Positions 40,600-48,197 of a DNA stretch of 54,131 nt are shown here, one piece after another. Position 1 is the stretch's first letter; every line of letters begins with the position of its first letter. The position numbers were made by a program, and so were the translations under genes. Source of the DNA: Bacilli bacterium (GTDB taxonomy: Bacteria > Bacillota_I > Bacilli_A > RFN20 > CAG-826); contig JAKSUW010000005.1 of NCBI GenBank assembly GCA_024408565.1, positions 1-54,131 on the forward strand, given 5' to 3'. The notes beneath the pieces were generated by a model, which did not search any database, was not told the DNA's origin, and worked only from the letters and a program-made list of their open reading frames with translations.

Positions 40600-41409
40600 T
40601 TACTTAGCCTCCTTTTTCGCTTTTTCTTGTTGAGGAGCAGCCTTTGGAGCTTCCTTCTTTACTTCGGGTTTAGCTTCAACCTTTGGTTGTTCCGCGGGTT
40701 TTGCTTCCGCTTTGGGCGCTTCTTTCTTCGCACTTAAATCCACTAAGTTCTTCACTTGTTGGGGTTTACCTAATTGGGTGCGGATCGCGCTTCTAATCTT
40801 TACTAATGAATGATTCGCGCCGGGAAGAGCACCTTTAATTAAGATGTAACCTTTTTCGGCGTTAGTCTCTACCACTAAAAGATTAAGGATCGTGACTTGT
40901 TCAAAGCCCCGATGACCTGACATCTTCTTACCTGGTAAGACCCGGTTATTACAACGACCATTGTTAGCAAAGCTACCAACTTGCCGGTGATAACCAGAAC
41001 CATGGCCTTTTGGACCAATCGTATGGTGATAACGTTTAATGGTGCCGGTATAACCTTTACCTTTAGAGGTACCGATGACATCAACAATGTCGCCAGTCTT
41101 AAATAGACTTGCGTCAAGTTTCGCCCCGACCGCTAAGTTTAAGTTATCTAAATCTTTACCAGCGATTTCGCGGTAAAAATTCGCAATTGGGGTATTGGTT
41201 TTCTTCGCATAACCCTTTTCGCATTTATTGGCCTTGGCTTCTTTCTTGGTATCATAACCAATGACGTAAGCCTTATAGCCATCTTTTTCAACGGTTTTAA
41301 TCCGTGTAACTATGTTAGGAAGTACTTCCACGACGGTTACACCATATTGGGTACCATCCGTGGCGAAGATTTGAGTCATTCCTAACTTACGTCCGATAAT
41401 TTGTTTCAT
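40600..41409 (-). CDS. rplC: 50S ribosomal protein L3 with C-terminal extension
   Basis: [26 protein letters not shown]. Confidence 0.97.
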   Translation of the reverse strand: MKQIIGRKLGMTQIFATDGTQYGVTVVEVLPNIVTRIKTVEKDGYKAYVIGYDTKKEAKANKCEKGYAKKTNTPIANFYREIAGKDLDNLNLAVGAKLDASLFKTGDIVDVIGTSKGKGYTGTIKRYHHTIGPKGHGSGYHRQVGSFANNGRCNNRVLPGKKMSGHRGFEQVTILNLLVVETNAEKGYILIKGALPGANHSLVKIRSAIRTQLGKPQQVKNLVDLSAKKEAPKAEAKPAEQPKVEAKPEVKKEAPKAAPQQEKAKKEAK

Positions 41410-41426
41410 AACTCAGTCTTCCTCCC

Positions 41427-41738
41427 TTATAGTTTGATATCAATATCAACCCCACTTGGTAAGTCTAACCGTCTTAAAATATCGACAGTTTCCTTCGTTG
41501 GGTTAGTGATATCGATGAGCCGTTTATGGGTCCGAATTTCAAATTGTTCACGCGCGTCTTTATATCTATGGACCGCTCGTAAGACCGTATAAACTTGTTT
41601 ATCCGTTGGTAACGGAATGGGGCCAACAGTCGTCGCTCCAGTTTTCTTGGCCGCTTCTAAAATCTTCTCGGCCCCAAGATCTAAGATCTTATGGTCGTAA
41701 GCTTTTAAGCGAACCCGAATGATTTTTGCTTTTGCCAT
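41427..41738 (-). CDS. rpsJ: 30S ribosomal protein S10
   Basis: RLKAYDH, GPIPLPT, REQFE.RTHKRL. Confidence 0.98.
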   Translation of the reverse strand: MAKAKIIRVRLKAYDHKILDLGAEKILEAAKKTGATTVGPIPLPTDKQVYTVLRAVHRYKDAREQFEIRTHKRLIDITNPTKETVDILRRLDLPSGVDIDIKL

Positions 41739-41868
41739 GAAATTTCCTCCTTATTTTTACTTTTTTAGGCTATTACTTTCTTCGCTATAATCGAATTCCC
41801 TGGCCACCTTTCATGACAACGCCTATAGGTGTGTCAGCAACCTCGATTAGTCACCGCGAGTGCAAGTA
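41739..41868 (-). promoter_or_regulatory. S10 operon 5' leader (Firmicutes-type conserved leader RNA)
   Basis: Minus strand contains GAGGTTGCTGACACACC, which I recognise from Bacillus-type rpsJ leaders; AATCGA/TCGATT pairing arms; RBS AAGGAGG. Confidence 0.65.
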
Positions 41869-41873
41869 GGAAT

Positions 41874-41902
41874 AACATACTCCCTTTAAGGGTGAGTGTC
41901 AA
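41874..41902 (-). promoter_or_regulatory. Sigma-A promoter of the S10 operon
   Basis: Minus strand TTGACA-17 nt-TATGTT. Confidence 0.75.
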
Positions 41903-42165
41903 ATTATTCTTTTATAGACTAAATCTGAGTTCTTTATGTAAGTCATATAAAATTCATCTTCATCGTGACAATTAATAACTGATCTAATTTGATATTCTAA
42001 TATCGGAATATATGACTCTGGGTTTGAATTACCTATATCTAAGATATAGCAAGTATTACCGATTTCTATACCTTTCCGCTCAAAAAATTCCTTTATTTTG
42101 TTAAAATCATCGTTCCTAGCCCCATTTTCTGTGTCAGACAAATCATAGGATATCCCAATATGCAT
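41899..42165 (-). CDS. Small hypothetical protein, Cas2/VapD-like ferredoxin-fold candidate
   Basis: RBS AAGGAG; N-terminal strand ISYDL, helix, G..I.NTCYI pattern parallel to Cas2; 88 aa. Confidence 0.5.
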   Translation of the reverse strand: MHIGISYDLSDTENGARNDDFNKIKEFFERKGIEIGNTCYILDIGNSNPESYIPILEYQIRSVINCHDEDEFYMTYIKNSDLVYKRII

Positions 42166-42178
42166 GCCTATATCTCCT

Positions 42179-43087
42179 TCACTTAATTATCTCATCCCAA
42201 TCTTTAGGAAAACCTATATAGGATAAATTTAATACATTTGAATGCTTGCGGAAAATTGATTTAATTTGAAAATAAAAACTGTTCCAGTCAAACTTAAAAC
42301 TCTTTTCCATCATTCTTTTCAAAACCAATATGGATAAAAACAATCTAGGACCAAAATTAGGATCAAAGTATTTTTTGTCTTCATCAAATAGTAAAGGCGT
42401 TGTTTTCATAGGCATATTGTATAAACGGCAATAATGTGCACATTTATTTCTTATTTCTAATAAAGTAAGCATCCAGCTATATAATCTATCTGGCGAAATA
42501 CCAAATAAACTAGACACGCATTTTTTGTCCTTTCTTTTCATAATTCTGTATAAAGAAGATAGAGTCCCTAACGAAAATAATTCCGATGCCACCCAAATGG
42601 GAAATTTACCATTATATTTGCCAATATGATGCTTTACAAACGGTTGATCTTTTTGCCTACTTATTTCGTGATTTAAATTTTTCATTATATGTTCATGTAC
42701 AGTTTCATTAAGTTTATCTAGTTTAATCGGATTAAAGTTCTTTGGATTCAAGTATCCAATAGGACCATACGTAATGCCTAAAATATAAGAAATATGAGTT
42801 CTTAAATAAACTTCTAACGTCTCTATCTCTTTAATTAAAATGTTCCGTAATTTACTATCAAAAATATATAAATCGTAAAGAGTTTTAATAGACACGCCTT
42901 GGCGATATTCTTCTTTATTATCTGGCTTAGTAAGACCAGCGCCGTAGGCGGTTAAACGATAATAGTTTACTTTTTGGAGAATCTTAAGCGCGTTTTTACG
43001 ATTGGGGATGGTGAGTTTGTGAAAACACTCTAGGCGATCTAGTTGTTGCTCAAATGTTAGTGCATCTTTTAAACTCAATTTAGCCAT
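42179..43087 (-). CDS. Abi family protein (AbiF/AbiD, Abi_2), HEPN RNase
   Basis: LTFEQQLDRL, VNYYRL, LY.FD..LR, FPIW..EL.SLG.LS, RNKCAH (RxxxxH); start moved to ATG 43087. Confidence 0.92.
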   Translation of the reverse strand: MAKLSLKDALTFEQQLDRLECFHKLTIPNRKNALKILQKVNYYRLTAYGAGLTKPDNKEEYRQGVSIKTLYDLYIFDSKLRNILIKEIETLEVYLRTHISYILGITYGPIGYLNPKNFNPIKLDKLNETVHEHIMKNLNHEISRQKDQPFVKHHIGKYNGKFPIWVASELFSLGTLSSLYRIMKRKDKKCVSSLFGISPDRLYSWMLTLLEIRNKCAHYCRLYNMPMKTTPLLFDEDKKYFDPNFGPRLFLSILVLKRMMEKSFKFDWNSFYFQIKSIFRKHSNVLNLSYIGFPKDWDEIIK

Positions 43088-43095
43088 ATATGTGA

Positions 43096-43140
43096 AAAGT
43101 CCCACCCTGGTACGCATTGTTAAGAGGCGTGGTGGGCTCT
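43096..43140 (-). ncRNA. abiF-motif RNA (putative RNA antitoxin/leader)
   Basis: Minus strand AGAGCCCACCACGCCTCTTAACAATGCGTACCAGGGTGGGACTTT; CCCACC/GGTGGG stem with conserved-looking loop, directly upstream of the abiF-like gene. Confidence 0.75.
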
Positions 43141-43149
43141 GACGTAATT

Positions 43150-43178
43150 ATATTAGTATGGAAAATGTTAGGTGTCAA
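43150..43178 (-). promoter_or_regulatory. Promoter for the abiF RNA and gene
   Basis: Minus strand TTGACA-17 nt-TAATAT. Confidence 0.65.
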
Positions 43179-43246
43179 TACAATACATGCCAAAAAAATA
43201 TTAATCACGTTCCCGTCGCTTTTTTAACTATTACAAAGTAGTTACG

Positions 43247-44302
43247 CTATGCATAAACAATAGTCACTACACTTACTATGTTGCTTGCGAAATCCCATTT
43301 AAGAGCCACTTTATATTTGCTATTTCTATAAAAAATTGAAACATTGAAAATGATAATGAATGGGTCTTCTTTGCGTGCTGACATATGCGAAATTTGGTTA
43401 CTATTAATAGCGTTAGCAATCAATTGCTTTAATTCGTCTTTTTGGAAAACTATTTTCTTATTTTCCGATACGTACTTAAGTTTACTATCCGAGACATTAA
43501 TTTTAGGCATTTTGATATTTTTTATATCAAAATAGAAACAAATGGCGTACTTTAAGTCGTCTTTTAATGCCACTATCTGTTGTGGTCTCGCTGTTAAAAA
43601 AGTAATATAGTATAAATCGTTTATTGGGCATAATTTGAAATTGCCATTGGCAACTTTTACAAAAGTATAATTGCATTTGTCACCATCCTCTGCCACACTA
43701 TAAAGCAATTTTTTGCCGTCTTTGACAAAATTTTGTACTAAAAAATAAGTCAAAGCAAATTTTTCAATTGTAGGAAAAGTTATATTTTTTGAAAATAATA
43801 ATGCACCATTATTTTTAAACGCTTCTACAATTTTTTCTGCAGTTTTATCCGAAATGTTGCAAATTGCCAAAACACATATGTTATGTTTAAAAATAATATT
43901 AAAATCCACCCCGCTATCTTCGAAAATTTTCTTGTATATCCAAATTTTATTTTGATCAATAATTAAATCACCTGTTAAGAAGGCGCATTTAGATTTATCA
44001 TCGAGAACATTGATAGCTGTGTTAATAATCGGTTCAATATAATTACTTCGGGGTAAGGAATCAGAATTAAAAATAAACGCAAAAACATTTGTCGAAGGTT
44101 CAAGGGGCGCCCTTAATTCACTATAATTTATATCATAAGAAGATAATTTTTCTTTAAATTCGAAAAATAGTTTATTAATTAAATCTTTCTTAGTACTTTT
44201 AGGAAAAATACTCGATATGATTTGCAATACATCTGGATTTATTACATGAATGCTTTCCGAAACTTTTTTCTTGTTCATAGCAATATTACATCGTATAGAC
44301 AT
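43247..44302 (-). CDS. Hypothetical protein downstream of the OLD-family gene (alternative start 44278)
   Basis: 351-aa ORF 12 bp after the OLD gene; no motif I can assign. Confidence 0.75.
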   Translation of the reverse strand: MSIRCNIAMNKKKVSESIHVINPDVLQIISSIFPKSTKKDLINKLFFEFKEKLSSYDINYSELRAPLEPSTNVFAFIFNSDSLPRSNYIEPIINTAINVLDDKSKCAFLTGDLIIDQNKIWIYKKIFEDSGVDFNIIFKHNICVLAICNISDKTAEKIVEAFKNNGALLFSKNITFPTIEKFALTYFLVQNFVKDGKKLLYSVAEDGDKCNYTFVKVANGNFKLCPINDLYYITFLTARPQQIVALKDDLKYAICFYFDIKNIKMPKINVSDSKLKYVSENKKIVFQKDELKQLIANAINSNQISHMSARKEDPFIIIFNVSIFYRNSKYKVALKWDFASNIVSVVTIVYA

Positions 44303-44314
44303 ATAAAATTTTGC

Positions 44315-45619
44315 TTATTTTAACAGATTTTTAACTTCTTTTATTAAAGGATTTTCGCTGTTTAAAAAATCACTTACCATTTCTGCTATATCCATTTTTA
44401 TAGGAGAGTCATTATCTGCACCAATATCTTTATAAATATTCAACGAATGGCACTTGGCAAAGAAATCCGCCTTCGTCAAAGGGACGATGGTTGCATCAGA
44501 ATCAAACATTTGTCGATATGTATTAAGAGGAATATATAACTCTATACATTCTTTCGATAGTGAGTGCTCTTCGTCGCCTGAGTCTCCATCTTTAATGGTT
44601 TTACAGGTAAATCCATTGTGAATTAATTCTGATTTAACTGGTTCTATATTAGTATGACCGCCACATTGTATGACCAAATATTTGTTAGTTTCTCCAATAA
44701 TCTCAATGGCCTTTTTAATCCATTTCATATCAGTTTTACCCTCAACTAATACAAAAGTCTTTGTTTTTTCCACGCCACCCAAGTAACTATATAAATCAGT
44801 AATACTTTTCACATTATCGGTAAACAAAGGAACTACATCATTAATATCAGTTATTTTCATTATTTGTGTAGAATGAGTTGTTATTAAAGTTTGAGCAATT
44901 TTTTCTTTAATTGCAGCAACTAAATTCTCAACATTTTTATAGGAAAAAGAATTTTCTATCTCATCTATCCCGAGAATCACATTCTCATAATTTCCTGTAG
45001 TTAGCAAAGCATAAACTAAATTTTTTTGATATCCTGACCCGCGCCCTTCTAACGGAACCCCAGAACTATCTATGTTATACTTGATAGCCTTTTTAATATC
45101 GAGAGTTGAATTTGGCAATAAAGTTGTTGAATTGGCATTTTGAACAACTAACATTTTTCCGTCTATACTTTTCAAAATATCGTTTATCGCATCGTTAGCT
45201 GCATCAGTGATACTTTTGTCAGTTCCATCTCCAATTATTTTCTTTTCAACAATTGAGGATGCTAAATTCTCTAATATCTCAACAGGATTATCATTGTTAT
45301 ATGGAATATAGATATAAGATATCCCTTTTATATCCGCAATATTCATAGAAAGTTTTTCATCGAGTCTATAAGTTTTTCCTTTATAAACCTTTTTGATAAA
45401 TTTTTTCCCATCCGTAAAAATGCCAAACACCACCTCTTCATCTGGATTTCTAACAAAATCGGGATTTATTTTTTTGTCATTAAAAAATATATCTAGTGCT
45501 TCTAAAATGGTGCTTTTTCCAGAATCATTATCGCCAATGATAACATTATGTTTTTGAAAATAGATTGTTTTATCTTCGAATGCTTTAAAATTTTTGATAT
45601 AAATAGATTTTATTATCAT
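44315..45619 (-). CDS. OLD-family ATP-dependent nuclease (ABC ATPase + TOPRIM)
   Basis: I.IKNFKAF, GDNDSGKST, RGSG, IDEIENS, ITTHS; TOPRIM LVEGKTD, CGG, DGD. Confidence 0.85.
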   Translation of the reverse strand: MIIKSIYIKNFKAFEDKTIYFQKHNVIIGDNDSGKSTILEALDIFFNDKKINPDFVRNPDEEVVFGIFTDGKKFIKKVYKGKTYRLDEKLSMNIADIKGISYIYIPYNNDNPVEILENLASSIVEKKIIGDGTDKSITDAANDAINDILKSIDGKMLVVQNANSTTLLPNSTLDIKKAIKYNIDSSGVPLEGRGSGYQKNLVYALLTTGNYENVILGIDEIENSFSYKNVENLVAAIKEKIAQTLITTHSTQIMKITDINDVVPLFTDNVKSITDLYSYLGGVEKTKTFVLVEGKTDMKWIKKAIEIIGETNKYLVIQCGGHTNIEPVKSELIHNGFTCKTIKDGDSGDEEHSLSKECIELYIPLNTYRQMFDSDATIVPLTKADFFAKCHSLNIYKDIGADNDSPIKMDIAEMVSDFLNSENPLIKEVKNLLK

Positions 45620-45641
45620 ATATTTTGTTATCTCCTTATTT

Positions 45642-45674
45642 CATTATTGTATGCGACAATAATGCTATTATCAA
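45642..45674 (-). promoter_or_regulatory. Promoter of the OLD operon overlapped by a 9-bp inverted repeat
   Basis: Minus strand TTGATA-17 nt-TACAAT; CATTATTGT-N5-ACAATAATG at 45642-45664. Confidence 0.65.
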
Positions 45675-45814
45675 TGAAGGAAATCTACTAGAAACGAAGG
45701 CAGAAGATTCAAATAATCTCTTTTTACCTGCCACCCCTCGTTATCATTCGATGAGATGGGACTACTCGATGATAACTAAGTTATCATAGATTCTGTACTA
45801 TATATAGATTAATT

Positions 45815-45940
45815 AAAAATCTCCTACATATACTCCATATATAAAACTCACTATATATAAAGTATTATCTTAATAATCAAAACCCTGTTGTGCTAACTAG
45901 AGGGTACCCCACCACCCCATGATTGCGCAGCAATGATGGG
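45815..45940. repeat. Structured direct repeat, copy 1 (126 bp)
   Basis: Aligns with 46837-46963 with 5 substitutions and 2 small indels; contains hairpins ACCCT...AGGGT and CCCATGATTGC-N3-GCAATGATGGG. Confidence 0.93.
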
Positions 45941-45988
45941 TCACGCCCACATCTCACCGCTTTCTAATTCATAATCGATAAGCACCGA

Positions 45989-46780
45989 TTAATCGAACAT
46001 ATATTCGAGTGAACTATTATCATCTACTACATCAAGAATAGTTTCGTTCTTCTTTTGAAGTGTATAAGAGGTCTTAACCTTAAGGTTTTCTTTAATATAA
46101 CGAGACATTCTTCCTTTCGTGGGCGCCTTTAATAAATGTCCACCACTACCTAATACTTTTAAAGTAAAGACATACTTCCCTTTCTTCAAAATAATCTCAG
46201 TGGGACTAACTTTCTTTAATTTAACTAGATTATAAGTAGATAAATAATATTCATGATTATTGTTCTTAATAAAACAAAGAACGCCAATAAACTTAAAAAA
46301 CATGATCGGAATAGTGGCAATCGCTAAAGTAACCGTCTGATGATTGATAACTGAATTATACCAAACATACTTCTTCGGGAAATTAACCCCACGATCACCT
46401 TCAATATAACCCACTCCATGATTAAAACTATATTGTTTGTTATTATAAATAACACTACCTTCTAAAGTATGATACATCGAATAGATTTCATGCTTACATT
46501 CAAGCGGAAGAATACTAAATGGACCCATGACTCTTTTTCTTAGTGGATGTAGTTCGCCTAAGCTAATTATCCCTTCTAAAGACATATCTTCTTGTTTAAT
46601 CTTAAAATTAACCTTATTGTCAATTACTTTTACTGACTCTTTATCATTAATCACATGCGCTCCATCGTTAGTGATCACCTGTAACTCTGGACCATCATCT
46701 GAAGAACTAATAATAACCGCAAAAGAAAAACCATTCTCACTTACAAACTTATAATACTTACCAAAGAAATATTTTTTCAT
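45989..46780 (-). CDS. Tocopherol-cyclase-like family protein
   Basis: YFFGKYYK, MGPF..P.ECKH.IYSM.H, GYIEGDRG.NFP..Y.W; start at ATG 46780. Confidence 0.75.
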   Translation of the reverse strand: MKKYFFGKYYKFVSENGFSFAVIISSSDDGPELQVITNDGAHVINDKESVKVIDNKVNFKIKQEDMSLEGIISLGELHPLRKRVMGPFSILPLECKHEIYSMYHTLEGSVIYNNKQYSFNHGVGYIEGDRGVNFPKKYVWYNSVINHQTVTLAIATIPIMFFKFIGVLCFIKNNNHEYYLSTYNLVKLKKVSPTEIILKKGKYVFTLKVLGSGGHLLKAPTKGRMSRYIKENLKVKTSYTLQKKNETILDVVDDNSSLEYMFD

Positions 46781-46836
46781 TGCCTTAAATATTATCATAA
46801 CCCACCTACACTCATGTAATCATAATAAAACTAATA

Positions 46837-46963
46837 AAAAATCTCCTACATATACTCCATATATAAAACTTACTATATATAAGTATTATCTTAATAATCA
46901 AAAAACCCTGTTGTGCTAACAAGAGGGTACCCCATCACCCCATGATTGCATAGCAATGATGGG
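46837..46963. repeat. Structured direct repeat, copy 2 (127 bp)
   Basis: Near-identical to 45815-45940. Confidence 0.93.
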
Positions 46964-47282
46964 GCCGCCCCCCCTATACCTCTACCACTTCTTAAATTTA
47001 TGATAGATAACTAATTGAATTACCATATCTAACATCATCCTTATAAGTTAACAGTCGATAATCGATTAATGAATAAATAAGAGTCAGAAAAACTGTCATA
47101 TACCTAATATTAAAGAAAGAATCAGAGAAATCAATGCGGAAATTGAAGATGAGTGGTAACACCTATATTATGTAAACCAAACGAGTCATTTTAATATTTT
47201 TTATATTTATTCATAAATATATCCATTAAATATACGCAAAATGCCTCTTCCTTTTTACGTATGTAGTATTAGGAGGTATTTT

Positions 47283-47954
47283 ATGTTACAAAATAGTGAG
47301 GCTATTCAAAATCATGAGGAAGTTATCCAAAATAACACTCTTAGTGAAGATGAAGAAGATAAGGAGTTTGATCGCTTATTAACCGCTATTACGAGTATTT
47401 TAAATATCAAAGACTCTTGGTTTAGGTTCATCTTAGTTGATACATCTAATGGTAACAAGCTAGATGATGACTTTGCTATGCCATCCGGTATGGGTATTGG
47501 AGGCGGAAAGAAATATATTATCGCGATTGATGGAGAATTATGGACTAAATATATTGAAGAAACTAATCCAAAGATGAAAATAAAAAGATGTGCAGCATTC
47601 GTACGAGTTATCTCTCATGAATTTATGCATCTATATCAATTCAAGCATTCGTTTGATAAATACGCTAAAGAATTTTATTACGAAAAAAGCCTCCCTCACG
47701 ATCAAGATAATTGGAATTACCGGCAACATAAAAAATACATTAATCTTAGTATTGAACTTGAAGCCTATGCATTTGGACTACTTGTAGAATCTAAAATATT
47801 AAACAGAAAAAGAATAACCTATATCCCTTATGATATTAACAAATACCAATTCAGAAAAACTTATTTACAAATAAAATCTATCTACGAAAAGAAAATAGAA
47901 GAAGCATTTAATTTAAACAAAGAGGAAACCGACACTAAAGTTGTAAGGGAATAA
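47283..47954 (+). CDS. Zincin-like metallopeptidase-domain protein
   Basis: RBS AGGAGG before ATG 47283; HEFMH (HExxH) plus downstream ELEAYAF third-ligand helix. Confidence 0.7.
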   Translation: MLQNSEAIQNHEEVIQNNTLSEDEEDKEFDRLLTAITSILNIKDSWFRFILVDTSNGNKLDDDFAMPSGMGIGGGKKYIIAIDGELWTKYIEETNPKMKIKRCAAFVRVISHEFMHLYQFKHSFDKYAKEFYYEKSLPHDQDNWNYRQHKKYINLSIELEAYAFGLLVESKILNRKRITYIPYDINKYQFRKTYLQIKSIYEKKIEEAFNLNKEETDTKVVRE

Positions 47955-47974
47955 TAAGCGTATCCTAAACTAAG

Positions 47975-48023
47975 AAATTCCTATATATAACCATGTTGTG
48001 TAACAAGAGAGTACCCAATGATT
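47975..48023. repeat. Degenerate, condensed third copy of the island repeat
   Basis: aaccatgttgtgtaacaagagagtaccc (47989-48016) matches 26/29 of the copy-2 core aaccctgttgtgctaacaagagggtaccc; flanks aaattcctatatata and atgatt also echo the repeat. Confidence 0.7.
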
Positions 48024-48076
48024 AAAACTATATTTGGTTATTATAAATAACACTAAAATTTTCACAATAATTATGC

Positions 48077-48162
48077 AAAATGTTGGAAAAGTGCAAATAA
48101 TATAATGTAAAAATGTTGGAAAAATGCAAAAAAATAGCAAAAAAATGTTGGAAAAATGCAAA
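48077..48162 (+). repeat. Three phased 21-bp direct repeats upstream of the AAA ATPase
   Basis: AAAATGTTGGAAAA(G/A)TGCAAA at 48077, 48110 and 48142 (periods 33 and 32 bp), followed by TATAAT at 48170. Confidence 0.9.
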
Positions 48163-48197
48163 AATAATGTATAATAATGAGCAAAATAGGAGAAAAT

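Noticed and set aside
28213-41592. Numerous 60-153 aa antisense or alternate-frame ORFs over ribosomal genes (and similar ones over the ABC, pyr and GH43 genes)
   Set aside because: They overlap well-conserved genes, lack RBS and motifs, and are typical shadow ORFs
45769-45787. Fur box
   Set aside because: The palindrome is 8-3-8 (ATGATAAC-TAA-GTTATCAT), not the 7-1-7 TGATAAT-N-ATTATCA geometry; no iron genes nearby
43247-45790. Retron or Gabija system
   Set aside because: No reverse transcriptase (YADD) or UvrD helicase motifs in neighbouring ORFs
45815-46963. Canonical integron attC sites
   Set aside because: A GTTAGCA occurs on the minus strand, but I find no matching RYYYAAC box at the expected position; no intI in the window; cargo genes are in opposite orientations
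47073-47159. Gene-like fragment ending PNIKERIREINAEIEDEW*
   Set aside because: Under 30 codons with no start; may be a remnant 3' end but cannot be assigned
47970-48161. 63-aa minus-strand ORF
   Set aside because: Arises from translating the promoter repeats; low complexity and no RBS
48077-48162. Mini CRISPR array
   Set aside because: Spacers are only 11-12 bp and A-rich, the repeats are non-palindromic, and there is no cas1 or effector gene
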